Shown: positions 13,336-26,188, counted from the first letter of the stretch. The stretch is 47,502 nucleotides of DNA from Chiloscyllium plagiosum (GCF_004010195.1 NC_057749.1:24505346-24552847); one strand, 5' to 3'. Program-made: numbers and translations. The notes: generated from the sequence alone by a model not told the origin.

Positions 13336-15213
13336 CTGCCATATTAAAATAACAGTCAGCCCAATGGAATAGTAATTTGTTCGGTTGAACCAACATCTGC
13401 CCTTATTTAAAGTCAAACCTGCAGGTCAAGAATTAACACAAGGAAGTTTACATAACCACAAAGATTACGCACACAATGAAGGGTCTAGTGACAGTGTCAG
13501 TGTCTCTACCTCTGGACTATAACGTCTGGTTCAAGTCTCATCTGTCCTGGAGGCAAGAGTTTAATACGCCCAAACAGGGAACTTAGTACAGAAGGAAACA
13601 AAATTGGACTTGGTGCAGCAACATACTGAGGGATTATTGTTAGAACCCCAGTACCCCTAATTTAATGAATTTGGTGTTGCAGTTCAATTCAACTGACTTT
13701 GTTTATGATGAAATTATTGAAAGTTGAAGAATGACAGCAAAGAAACAAGAACATAATGGGTAAAACGGGTTAACTAAGGCACAAAAGAAAATTCAGGAGT
13801 GAAACCAGAAGTGGCCAGAGGGAAATTTTACGTCACTGATAACACAAATGCTCCGAGACAGTGAAGGTTAGATAGTACAAGGGTGATGATTAATGTTTCT
13901 TTCCTGATAGCACTGATATCTCACTTTGGAAGAGATATAGGGGCAGCACTGCTCTCACATTCCAAGTTATTGGGTCAAGTAATAGTCAAAGGAAGTTCCA
14001 CTCAAATTGCATATTGGTTTGAGAGCCACACGCAAAACAGGTTCATTTTTAGATATTTTCCAATGTAAAACGGAACAGTGAATTAACATGTGAATTCATT
14101 GTGTTCGAACATGGGATGGATGTTGGGGTGCTGCTGTCAAAGAACAGTGAAAGAGACCGTGAAGTTAAAAAGGTGCACTTAGTCACAGGGGTAATTCTGT
14201 GAATGAACTGCTCCATATGGAACCAAGTGAAATCCAATAAGTTTCAAGAATGAAAACATTTAAAGGGAGCAATATCATACAAGGTATTGAAGATTTTTTT
14301 TAAAAAAGGACAATACAGGACAGAAAGGACATTTCACAACATGGAATCTTAAGCAATGTTCACGAACAGTAGATTGAATGTATGCCAACTGTACCGTCAG
14401 CAAAACTTTGCTGTGCACGGAAATGAATAAAAATGATCAAAATTATTGACTACATGCACTGCTAACGTGTTTTTTTTTAAAAAAGTCAACATTGAATGCT
14501 GCTAAATGCAAGCATTTTGGATTCCATTAGGAAACATGCAAATTAGTGTAAGCAGTTTCTCAAACTCAAGAAGGTTCATGTAAAAGTCTGCCCCACAGCC
14601 AGACAGCAAACTAAATGCTTATACCCAGCATTCCAATATCCATTGAAATGATTCAAAGCAAGAAGCCTCAGGCACACAACACTGGACTTTTGCACAGGTT
14701 GCTGTTCTGAACAGAAGATTCATACATAGCACAGTACAGCACAGGAACAGGTCTTTTGCCCCGCTAGATTGGTCTGGCCATGATGCTATTATAAAGTAAC
14801 CCATCTGTCCACACATTTCGCAGTCAAAATGCCTCAAATTTTGCTTTCATAGCTGCTTCTAACACTTCCCCTGGCAGTGCATTCCAGGGACTTACCACCC
14901 TCAAAAGCTTTCCTTGCATAGCCCCTTCAAACTTTCCCCATTTCACCTTAAAGGTATGTCGCCTAACAGACATTCCCATTATTATACCTAAAACTCATTC
15001 TATCCAAATACACATACCACAACCAAGATACACCTTGCTCTCAGCAATTTGGATTTTGTTTCAATACTAAATAATTGTTCAAGCCTCCCCTCTCCCAAGC
15101 CTTTACTTATGATTCAATACTACTTAAAGCTGAATTGAAAAAGGAAAGGTTGTTCAGAACAAAAACATAAGGAAAGCTTAGGAGTAGGTGCCAATAGCTT
15201 TCAAGTTACTCAC

Positions 15214-15386
15214 CCTTCTTTGCTTCCTTCTGCCAAAACACCATTAGGAATTTCCACAAACAGACTCTTCTCAGAGGAAAGTGCATCCCATTCAGATACC
15301 TTAGAGTCTGTTAACTTGTACCGAAAATGGATAATGCGCTGCTTTCCATTTACTGGTAGCTCTTGCGTTACAGTTAGCTTCTCATC
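15214..15386 (-). CDS. OAZ2: Antizyme exon 3 (DEKLTVTQELPVNGKQRIIHFRYKLTDSKVSEWDALSSEKSLFVEIPNGVLAEGSKEG)
   Basis: Acceptor cttgcAG at 15387, donor GTGAGT at 15213; 173 nt with consistent phases. DEKLTVTQ, SLFVEIP and GSKEG are OAZ2-type motifs. Confidence 0.96.
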
Positions 15387-17422
15387 CTGCAAGTAGAAGG
15401 AGGTGCCAATTGAAACAGACTACCTGAAAATGGCTACTACTCAACATGTCCAACCCACATTGAAAGCCATACAGGGCTAAGCACAACTGTTAAATCACAA
15501 TGATCAGGGTTTACAGATGCAGAAATTAGTCAGTCTTTTAGTGATTTTAAAAGAAGTAATTTAACTTGCCTAGATAGATATTTAGTGCTGTGCTCCTTGC
15601 CTACCTAATCAATAGCCCTCCATCAGTTCAAATCACTTTCCTCCCACCCTTCGGCACTTGTTGGGCCAAATAGCCTGTTTCCACACTGTGGGGATTCTAT
15701 GATAAGCAAACAGGGATGGGAAGAATGGCTGCACTCAATCTTCTAACACTGGAAATAAGAGCTGGGTTAAAACCCATCCAAAATATTTTGTGCTTTTGAT
15801 ACAGGTTTCAATATTAATACTGATTGTTAGTCCATAATATGGGAACTCTAACAGTCACAAAAAGGTTTCTATGCTGCTTTGTTGCAATGTTTTCCACTGT
15901 CCCCAGGGTGATGTTGATTAAAGGATTCAAATGGGGTTAACATTGGAAAATAATTTGGCTGAGTTCTAGTATAGGTGCCAGCACTTGACAGCAAAAGTTT
16001 AGATCTCACCTGCCTTTCTTACTTCCTCTTTTTAATACTTGGTGCTGGTTATTAAGGCAAATGGAAGGGTCTAACCATCTTTGTTCTTGAGCCACTAAGT
16101 TTCCCTCTGCTATTATGTTATAACCATTTATACCTCATCTGGGAGTTGTTTTAATTAGTATTAGCTTGTCATTTGATCATTTTCCTCACTGCAAACTTTT
16201 CCCTGCATGCTCTTTTCTCTAGGTCTGCGCCAGGATCTTCAAAATTCTAATGTACGTTTTGATGGACTTGAAACACTGGCAACTCAGAACATGTGTAGAG
16301 GGAAACATCGGTACTGTGCTTGTGGTGCACATTGTTTAACTTTAGACAAGTTGTAAGACGTTTAACTCTCCCTACATTTCAACACATCTGCCACACTAAA
16401 ACGCACGCTTAAAAGGGGTAAGGAAGACTTGGGAAATAAACTTTGAATATTTTAAAAACAATAACTGGCTATATGATTTCAAAGCTTCAGCACTTTCTGG
16501 TTCAAATTATTCACTGCATTCTCCATCCTGCCACATCACTCTCAAAGGAAAACAGGGACAAACGTCTGTTGCCTGGCCAAGAAAACCTGCGCAACCATTG
16601 CCTATGCAGCTATTTCACTTGTAAAATGCCAGTAGAACAGAGCTCAGCTAAGTACTTTAACACCATATCCTGCAAGCATCTGTCCTGCGCATTTATGAAA
16701 ACAAATTCTGCAAATGGTCTCCTGAAAAAAACAAACAGTGGAAACACTGGTCAGGCAGTCTCTGGTGAGGCAAACAGTTACTGCTTCAGGTCAATAATTT
16801 TTCAACAGGTACTGGAACAAGTTAGTGATACAATAGGTAGACTGTCAGGTACAGGGTGGAGAGACGAAAGAACAAAGATTTGATAGTTGGTTGAAAGAAA
16901 GATATATTAACTATCCCAAACAAAGTTTTAAACTTTCCACTGAAATGCCACTTTTTTCCTGCACAGCTGAAGCACTTGAAACTTCAACACTTCCCTCATT
17001 CCCGAAGAAAAAAAGGAAATTCCCCACGATTGCTGTCAATAGTTTTGACAAGGTAGATAAGAGCCCATTAGAACAAGTATGATGTTCAATATCACCACCT
17101 GAGTCTCCTACAAATTATATCCTAATGAATAACATTCAAAACTACAATCAGCCATACCACTTCAGTATGAAAAATGCTGTCAAGTGGTTATCAACTATCT
17201 AAGTATAATCTGAGCAGAAGGTGAAGCCAATTTTATTTTTTGGCAGCCATCTTTATGGTTTGGATTCCAAAAGAATGTGCTGTATTGCACACACTTCAAT
17301 TCCATGTAAGCAAACAGGAAGGAATTGTTTAGTGTTTTTAGCTCACTGACCACTTGCGTTTGCATTAACAACAGTATGCAGAATTCAGCTTTCACAAAAG
17401 GTAACAAAATAAATACGCTTAC

Positions 17423-17580
17423 CGCATGTAAGAGAGCTGTAAGAGTGTGATCCCTTCCATTCCCTCGCCCACCCGGGATCTTCACTGATGGGTGAGGGGC
17501 ATCAGGAACACCACAGAGGCCCTGGACTGAGGTGCCTGCAGTACTGCTGCTGAGATGTACCACTCAAGGAAGGAATATTA
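17423..17580 (-). CDS. OAZ2: Antizyme exon 2: end of ORF1 ([26 protein letters not shown]) and, after the +1 frameshift, start of ORF2 ([27 protein letters not shown])
   Basis: Acceptor ttttgtttttgtttacAG at 17581, donor GTAAGC at 17422. GPLWCS-stop followed by +1-frame DAPHP..KIPGGRG is the antizyme hallmark. Confidence 0.97.
17449..17499 (-). other. Antizyme frameshift-stimulatory RNA pseudoknot
   Basis: Stem 1 CCCUC(A)CCCAUC (17498-17487) pairs with GGUGGG(C)GAGGG (17473-17462); stem 2 GAUCCC (17480-17475) pairs with GGGAUC (17454-17449). Same layout as the vertebrate antizyme pseudoknot. Confidence 0.92.
17502..17507 (-). promoter_or_regulatory. Programmed +1 ribosomal frameshift site UCC-UGA (polyamine-responsive)
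   Basis: GGG CCT CTG TGG TGT TCC TGA T on the minus strand; ORF2 continues only in the +1 frame (GAT GCC CCT CAC). Confidence 0.96.
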
Positions 17581-20269
17581 CTGTAAACAAAAACAAAAGA
17601 AAACAATTTTAAGGCTTGGAGGAAGTCACAATCAAAGAAATACAGATTAACAAATGTTTTGAACCAGAAGACACCGTTCAATACATCAACACTTCCTTCT
17701 TGTGAAAACACATGCCTTTCACCAAGAGATTTAAAAAAAACATTAAACCTCATGGGCATCTCCACTGAGAATCTGTTGAATTATATCATCTTGCTTAAAA
17801 AAGGCTCAAATTTTGAATTGTCTTTAAGATTGTTAACTTTAAATTTCAGTTCATTGAGTGATGAGGCTAGTCAGAAAAATGGAAAGCTCTCTGGCAAGTA
17901 GAACAGAGTCAACCTCTCCTTTTAAAAGGGAAGGGAGTGAATGATGCTATTAAGTATTCTGTGAAGACTGGGATCATGGCACAGAAAATTCCTGCTACCT
18001 GCATAACTGATTGCACTTGTGTTGTCGGATCACCTTTTGGCGCCAGTGACACTGTCCACCCTTCCCACACTGAAATGTGAAGTAGCACTGCTGACTTTGT
18101 CACTGCAAGGCTGCCCCACTCGACCTCTACTGCATCACCTGCCCTTTAGGGGTAAATTCCATAGCAATGTGCCAAAGGCAATTGGGAGACTGAATTAGCC
18201 TGCAGATGTCTACAAGTTCTACAATCAGGCAATCAGCTTATTCTGTGGAAATTATGAGCATGTTTTTGACCAGCTGCCTCAATTTATTTTTATGGCTTTT
18301 AACACTCCAGTGAAGTGTTTCAGACATTTATAAATAAGTTTTATGATTAGGCATGCAAATTAAGTTTACTTCATCACATCATTAGATCAGTTTGAGTATC
18401 TTGAATAGTAAAATTGCGAGCTTGCTAGTTAACAAAATAGTTTATTGGCTAAAACATTTTGTACCACATATGCCAATGACATAATCCCCAACTGTGCATT
18501 TACAAGTTAGTTCATTTGCCATGAATAAATTCACCCAAATGCCATATCATATGGAAAACTATCACTTGACTACTAAAATAGATTAATCCACAAAATAGAT
18601 GAATTGTTTTCATGCACCATCACTACAACTAACTTACTACACCACTGAAATTTAAGAAACAAACACTTCGTATCTACTGAAATTATTTTTCTTTCATACC
18701 GTGGTTGAAGTACTAACAAGGGGTCTTGAGCAGTAGGAATCGATCCTAAATCACAAACTAAATGATTCATGGATTGATTCAGATAAAACTAGCATTTCCT
18801 AAAAAATGCTGTGATCAAATACTGATCAGAGTGAAAAAGAGCGAAAGGACATCTTATGTTCTCACAATTGCCAAAGTACTTCTCAAATGAAGCACTTGAG
18901 GTACAAAGACCACTGCTTCCAGAATAATGAAGTCAAAGACTAGGTTGGTTTTAAATTCAACCACAGAATGTGGGCATCACTGGGTAGGCCATCTTTTGCT
19001 GCCCTTCCCTATTTGCTGAAGGCAGTTGTTTCATCCAAACTGTTGTGGGTCTGAAGTCACATGAAAGTTACTAAGCATGACAGGCTTCCTTCCTTAAAAG
19101 GACATTAGTGAACCAGATGGGTTTTTGGAAATGTGGTTACATGGTCACCATTAGACGAGCTTTGGTTCTAGGTGTAAAAATCTGAATTAAGACTCATTTG
19201 CCATGCTGGAATTCAAATCCACATCTCATGTTCTGTTTAACTAGTCTAGGACACGACCACTATGGTAGTGCCACCTCCACCCCAGTTAAAACGCTTTCAG
19301 ACAGAACATTAGAACTTCCTTGGGATATTTTAGACACAGTTCCTGTTAATTATCACTTTACACCTGAATACAAAACCTTTAAAAAAAAAATCAAATTTTC
19401 TCAACATTTATTACATAAAGTACACTGGGATCAAGTCAAGAACTACACTAGTTTAGCTGATGCAAACCAGTGACCTGGGAGGCTGTGCAGAGCTTGGGGG
19501 GGCACTAAATCATGCTGTTTAAAACAATTTAACAGCAGCAGATACAAAGATTATCATGGCGATGGGAGAGCTGGAACTGAACTTCCAGTGGACAAGGCCA
19601 AGGATATCTAATTAAGACCATTAAAACAAAGCGCAACAGCTAATGAGACAGCTGCCAGACTCAAGTATTGCAGGCACTTGGTGGGAGACAGTAGTCTCAC
19701 ATTAGCCTACAGTCTTTAATTTGATGGAACAATTACATTACTTCAAGAAAATAGGTGACAATCCAACCGTGCTGTGTAGAATTCAGAATTGTAAGAAAAC
19801 ATGGATATCCAACAACCACACCTACAATGTGCAGAAATTAAAAGCCACAATGTTTGAGTTCTGTGCAGCAGGCTTCCTGTGTTATGGTGTGACACAGTTC
19901 AACATCACATCTGACAGCATCCGATGAATCGTGATGCACAAGTAAACTTTTAATTGAAGCACACAGATGTTCTTTTTTAAAAGAAGAGTGTTTGGGGAGA
20001 TGATCCAGGCATCAGTACTTTCAGCTGCTTCAACAATGAGCAACCTGTCAACGGGAGAAGAAATGGGAATGTTTTGCTACAATACCGGTTGATAAGGGTC
20101 AACATTTACACCTCTCAATTGCAACTTAGAAGCCCCCCTAACTGTCAACACGTACCACTTACAAAATGCACTGCTTCTTTATAGCACCTTCCAAACCTGT
20201 GGCAGCTATCAAACAAAATGGATGGATACAACATAATATCAGCACTTACATTGACTTTCATAGGCAGAA

Positions 20270-20615
20270 GTCACAAAGCACTAAATGCTTTCTGCAGCGT
20301 AGTTATTCTCAATGTAAGAATGAAAACAGCTAGTTTACACACAGCAATAACCCATGAACAGCAATGGCATTGTCACCATTTAAATTTATTGTTTATGATG
20401 TTGATTGAGCAATGAATATTGACTAGGGCACCAGGGATAACTGTCTCAAAGTAATGCCACAAAACCATCTACATTTTGCTGAGAGGCCTCTATTTAAAAT
20501 CAAATTCAAAGGAGGCACATTCAGCCGAACAACACTTCCTCAGTACTGTATTGGTGCATCAGTCTTTACTACTGTGCTCAAGCCTTGGAACTTGTGGCTC
20601 AGAGTTGAGTGATAT
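20270..20615 (-). mobile_element. Old Deu-domain-type SINE (SacSINE1/AmnSINE1-like), degenerate
   Basis: GGCACCAGGGATAACT...CACTTCCTCAGTACTGTATTGG...GTGCTCAAG...GGCTCAGAG follows the order of the recalled Deu-SINE reverse consensus; not aligned. Confidence 0.5.
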
Positions 20616-22319
20616 CAATAACTAAATAAAAAGAGGAGCTGCTGATAACTGCTGTCTAATGCTACTTCATGATGTACAATGATATCAAGATTAAACTGGC
20701 CTTTAAAATAGACAGGCCAAAGGCTTTGCCAAAGACAACTATACTTGTAGAGATAGGGAAACTAGCTATTAGCATTTCTGACTGTAAACAGTGCTTTGAA
20801 AAGCTACCTGAAACTTTGACATTTAGAGATGCCTCAGTCAGCAATGAGAGTTTACAATCCATTACAGTAGTGATACAGTTATAGTTATAAAGATGACGAC
20901 TGTCAGTAAACAAAACAGTGCTAAGAATCTGCAAACTCACTTCCTGCAATGCAGCAATGGCTTTGTGCTGGTGAGTTGCATCATCTGCAGTTGCTACTTC
21001 CTCAAACAATTTGAAGTCAATATACACAAGACTGTCAAGCAAAATCAATGACATGTCTCTGCAGGTCTTTAACAGCAGACACTCAGCACATACTGAGTAA
21101 CGTTTAATACTATCTGTCCTTGGGGAAGTCAGCTACAAGAATAAAAATTACCCTGCATATTTTAATAATTAAATTCTGTGACCAAATTGAGTCAAATATT
21201 TTAAAGTCCATGAAGTTTTAATCACTAAATGACTGGGATCAGTGCCAGTTGTTAGAAAAACACACCTGGTCCACAATTGTCCTTTAGAGAAGGCAATCTG
21301 CAGTCCTTACCTGGTCTGGTCCACATGTGATTCCAGACCCACACCAGTGTGGTTGACTCAATTGGGAATGAGCAACAAATGGTGGGCCAGCCAACTGGCA
21401 CCCACAACCCATGAATCAATAATGTTTTACTGTTACAAACTGATTTTAAATGCTTTTTCATGTGTCGGGAGGATGCCATTATATTTTTGCTGAAATCACC
21501 TCATCAATTCTTCCTTGGAAATCTTATGTTTTGAACCAATGCGCCACGTTTTCACCTTTTTAGTCAGAAATGCTAAATCCAAGCCATCCAATGGCCACAG
21601 AAATCCAGACCATAAATTCCAATACTAGGATCATACTTGTTGCCCAGGTCAATTTGCTTTTGGATACCAAAAGTGTTACAGAAGTTACTCTTCTTCAGTT
21701 CATATTCCCAAACCTTTAGATGTTTCGCTAGAATTTCTTCAACTTTGGCTCCTCTGATTGCTGTTCATTGCACAATATTAATATCAAATAATTTCAATCT
21801 TAAACCAGTTACATTGAGATCATAAATTTCAAACTTAGCAAACCTAAAGTAGCCATTTCACTTAATTTGTGGTTAGAAGTCAAAATTGTCAGCATTCAAT
21901 GTGACCTGTCTACTTTGTTTACAATAAAATAAATTCAACTTTTCACATTTACCCTTTAGACATTACACAAAATTGTTCCTCCCACAACCTCTCCCTAACC
22001 ACCTCATTTATTTTGCCTATGTTAAAATCTAGATCTGATTCTGGCTTCCAAAATAATCCACAATACTTACTTCCTGTAGAACATTCTAATTAATGCACAG
22101 CTGCCAAATACAAATCTTTGAGCTCGCAGAAAGCTGACCAGAATATTTGCAGGAGCTGAAATGCAATCGAATGCCAGAGCTCAATGCTCTCATCCTACGT
22201 TTCACGGGCTTCATGTAATTCAGAATGGTTATAAAATTAAAAGTTCACAACACTCCTGGATTGCACCACTGAGAAACCAACTGCAACCCAAGGTTTACAG
22301 TTGGCTGCCAAAATGCTTT

Positions 22320-24220
22320 TAGCATAACAATAATGGCTCTGGACTTGCAATCAAGAGGCCTAAGGAGGTTCAAATCCTCACTTTACATGGTGGAAATTAA
22401 AATTAATCTGAAATTAAAGAATCTAACAGTGACCCCAAAGCCACAGTTGATTGTTGCAAAACCAGTCAGGTTCAGCGGTATCCTTTAAGAACCTGCAATT
22501 CTCAACTTGTCTGGCCTGCCTGTGACTCCAGACGCATAAAACTGTGGTTGACTCTTAAAAGAATGCTCACTCAAATGGCCAAGCAAGACACTCAGCCAAC
22601 TATATGAAACTATGCAAAATTAGAGGAGTGAAACATGACAAACTAACCAGCTTTGGAGTAGGCACCAATCTCACAGCCAGCTTTGTCAAGCCTAAAAAAA
22701 AGCTGTCCATACAAAGATTGACAGTTTGCACCAAAGCTGGGACAGCCTATCCAAAGACTAATCAAGCAACATGCTGACATTACTTCTTAGTGGACGGCAC
22801 AGGGGCACAGTGGTTAGCACTGCTGCCTCACAGCGCCAGAGACCCAGGTTCAACTCCTGACTCAGGCGACTGACTGTGTGGAGTTTGCACGTTCTCCCAG
22901 TGTCTGCTTGGGTTTCCTCCGGGTGCTCCGGTTTCCTCCCACAGTCCAAAGATGTGCAGGTCAGGTGAACTGGCCATGCTAAATTGCCCGTAGTGTTAGG
23001 TAAAGGGGTAAACGTAGGGGAATGGGTGGGTTGCGCTTCGGCGGGGCGGTGTGGACTTGTTGGACCAAAGGGCCTGTTTACACACCAAGCAATCTAATCT
23101 AATCTTAAAAAAGTAATCTAATTTAACTTAACATATGATCCCACAGTTTCTCAGCTCTAGATGCCACCATTACTTCCACGTCCCTCAGAGATAGTGGCAT
23201 TGTAGCATACTGAGGAAACTGCCCTGGGAGTCAACAAGCCGGACCCCTTGAAGTCTCATGGCATCGGGTCAAACCTGTAGAAGGAAGCTCCCTGGCAAGT
23301 ATTTGCTACCGCCAGCTGAAGAGTCAGTACTCCAGTGTTGAAGCAGGAGGCTGGAAGAACATAGCAAGCCAAGCAGCATCAGGAGGCGAAATCGATGTTT
23401 TGCGAATATTTACCCCTCAATGCCATCTCACTTGTTTTTCTGGCCTCCTGTTTGCCTGCTTTGGATTCCAGCATCTGCAGTTTTTTTGGTCTGTAATTAA
23501 CTGGAAGCAGAGAGTAATAAGGGCACACAATGTACTAAGCAGGAGGACTTGAACGGCAAACAGTACTGCTGATCAAGCAACAAAGGTTATAGCTGCAAGA
23601 TTGATTTCCTCACCACCTGTTGCTGATCCAAAATGGAAAAAAATTCTGAAAACATCTTTGCAAATCCACATGTTGCAGATGCACATGCCCAGGGTGGCAT
23701 TGGTAATGACCATCACAAAGTATAAATGGGTGAGAATGCCAATGATCAAGTGCAAAAGACCAGGATGAAGCATTTGCAATTTTGCATAGTTGAGTGGATG
23801 ATCTATCTCAATGCCGAGCTCAGACGAAAGTTACTTGATGAACATATGGCCTATGAAAAACTGGCTAGATCCAACTGAGCAGCCCTCCTACCACTGGCAG
23901 TAGTATGTGTATACCATCTACAAGGTACACTGAAGCAATTTGCGAAGTCTTTTTCAACAGTACTTCCCAAACACTCAGCTGCCATCCAGAAGGCCATGGG
24001 CAGATGCTTTGAAACACCACTACCTGCATGTCCCCCCCCACACACCAGCCTGACTTAGAACTACAGTACCATTCTATCAATGTTACTGAATCAGGATCCT
24101 AGAACTCCCTCACCAACAATGTGGGTATATCCACACTCCAGAGTGAATGTATTCAAGGCAACAGTTTACCAGAGCCTTCAAGGGCAATAATGTTAGCATA
24201 GCTAGTGGTGTCTACATCCC
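22320..24220 (+). mobile_element. Highly degenerate, internally deleted LINE-like element with tRNA-like head, interrupted by an HE1 SINE and a Penelope-like inverted fragment (23340-23495)
   Basis: Head GGTTCAAATCC...CTGGCCTGCCTGTGACTCCAGAC...GTGGTTGACTCTT is shared with 40775-41075; the downstream sequence has a decayed LINE-like character. Confidence 0.45.
22792..23125 (+). mobile_element. Full-length HE1-like SINE
   Basis: GGCACAGTGGTTAGCACTGCTGCCTCACAGCGCCAGAGACCCAGGTTCAACTCC head, complete body with retained CpGs, AATCTAATCTAATCT tail. Confidence 0.88.
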
Positions 24221-25688
24221 ACAAAAAATATTAAAAACCCACTTAGAAGGATGCAGCACAAATCACAAACAGGAAGATTCAAAAATCATATTTATTATCA
24301 ATGAACTATCCAGCACAAACCACTCTGCTTTTTATAGTGATTACACTTGAGGTGTTTTAATGCAGAGAGTCACACTGACATGCTGTTCATTAGTATCTGG
24401 TAAGGTTATAAAGCACAGATTTTTTACAAATCTAATGTCTACAATGTATCATCGTAACAACAACTGTCCAACATGAGACATCAAGTCAATATTTCCAAAC
24501 AATTCCAAATCAAATATTCAAGGTCCAACATCTATTTACTTCAATTCTTACAAACAATATCTGAACAACCCAGCTGCATTTGCTCCAGTTACAACCTTCA
24601 TCTCTACAGTTTGTGTGAACATCCAGAAAATTTATTCTACAGAAATAGTTCGCTAAAGTCAGTGCAAATAAGGCTACATTTTGTATTGTACTAGCAACTA
24701 AGTAGTTAAATGGAGTGGTCATTTGGACTGGAATGTGTCAATGTAATCAAAATTTTATTTTAAAATCCTACCTTTATATACTTTCACTGAAAGATACAAT
24801 AACAGCAGGATACTTTTTCCATTATATATGGAAAAACATCCCATTTGAAATAACAGGCAAAGCTACCAGCATAGACTTCATCAAGGAGGTATCCGCCCAT
24901 AAGTGCATACACTACAAATGTTTACAACATTAAAAACATATCACATGACAGAAGGTGTCATAATCAACACCTCACTGGACATACAGAATCTATACCATGG
25001 AATCTTATTGGAGAGCTTGCCACTTAACACATACAAATTTCTCCCAGAGCATTTTAACATCTACTTTCCAATAATTTCTCCACTGCCTTTACACAAAGGA
25101 ATATTAATTCAATTTTGTCAATAGGATATTTTAGATCCAAATAAGCTCCTATAAAGCATTTAAAACACTCCTAAACAGCTTTAATCTTGAATTTTGGCCT
25201 CATGGATCCTGACACCACAGTCCTTGGAACTCATTGCCTCAAATTGGCCTTATTGAGCTAAGGATCTCCATCCACTCATATCTGTATCCCTCCTGAAGAG
25301 GGATTCTGTCATAACAAATTTTCTGCTCTCTCATCAGAGAAAGCAGTTCTCGCTCTCATACAAACCTCAACTCCTAGCCAGGTCATCCCATGTCCTCTCC
25401 CATTTCTGCAACCCACTCGCCCAGTGATTTCCTTCCAGTCAATTCTCAAACCCCAGACTGCAGCTCACCCACTGCTACCCATCCTATTAACCATGCCACT
25501 GCTTGTCCCAACTCACTACAGTCCAGAAGGCAAGTTGCCTCTCCTGCACCTCCAAATGCTTCAGCCTGTAAAATCCACCGACACCACTTCCAAAGCCCAT
25601 CCTCTATGTGCCCTCATTTCGCAATGCACCCTCCTCCTCCCATTTTCCCACAATGATCCCTCATTCCATGTCTCCCACCCACCTTTGC

Positions 25689-26023
25689 NNNNNNNNNNNN
25701 NNNNNNNNNNNNNNNNNNNNNNNNNNNNNNNNNNNNNNNNNNNNNNNNNNNNNNNNNNNNNNNNNNNNNNNNNNNNNNNNNNNNNNNNNNNNNNNNNNNN
25801 NNNNNNNNNNNNNNNNNNNNNNNNNNNNNNNNNNNNNNNNNNNNNNNNNNNNNNNNNNNNNNNNNNNNNNNNNNNNNNNNNNNNNNNNNNNNNNNNNNNN
25901 NNNNNNNNNNNNNNNNNNNNNNNNNNNNNNNNNNNNNNNNNNNNNNNNNNNNNNNNNNNNNNNNNNNNNNNNNNNNNNNNNNNNNNNNNNNNNNNNNNNN
26001 NNNNNNNNNNNNNNNNNNNNNNN
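25689..26023. other. Assembly gap (N run) in antizyme intron 1, flanked by C-rich low-complexity sequence
   Basis: Run of n. Confidence 1.
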
Positions 26024-26090
26024 GCCCCCCTCCCCCTCTCCTGCCCCCCTCCCTCACCTCTCCACTTCACCTCTCCACCCCTCCCCTCAC

Positions 26091-26188
26091 CTCTCCTGCG
26101 TGTTTATCATGTTGCCGGCTGGGCTCTTGTCTCTTTCTTTTCCGAAGTAGTGGCTGTTGAGTATCCGTTCGACGGAGCTCCTCACCAT
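26091..26188 (-). CDS. OAZ2: Antizyme exon 1 coding part. AUG1 at 26188 gives MVRSSVERILNSHYFGKERDKSPAGN; in-frame AUG2 at 26110 gives MINTQE(S)
   Basis: Minus-strand ATGATAAACACGCAGGAGAG|GTGAGG matches the OAZ2 start MINTQ, with a canonical phase-2 donor at 26090. An in-frame ATG lies 78 nt upstream with no intervening stop. The region is a CpG island downstream of a TATA box. Confidence 0.9.

Noticed and set aside
16443..16883. 146-aa ORF antisense in antizyme intron 2
   Set aside because: Non-ATG start, no recognisable domain, and partly overlaps a Penelope-like fragment.
17502..17504. UGA as selenocysteine or readthrough codon
   Set aside because: Homology continues only in the +1 frame.
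17195..17765. Track ORFs 17195-17563 and 17502-17765 as separate genes or a frameshifted pseudogene
   Set aside because: They are the two reading frames of antizyme exon 2 extended into introns; the frame change is the programmed shift.
22792..22865. tRNA genes at SINE heads
   Set aside because: A/B boxes run into SINE bodies and LINE-like tails; no complete cloverleaf seen.
26070..26090. Alternative donor (+20 nt) as a way to reach ORF2 without frameshifting
   Set aside because: The phase would fit, but the retained sequence has an immediate in-frame TGA, and exon 2 has another stop in that frame before the shift site.
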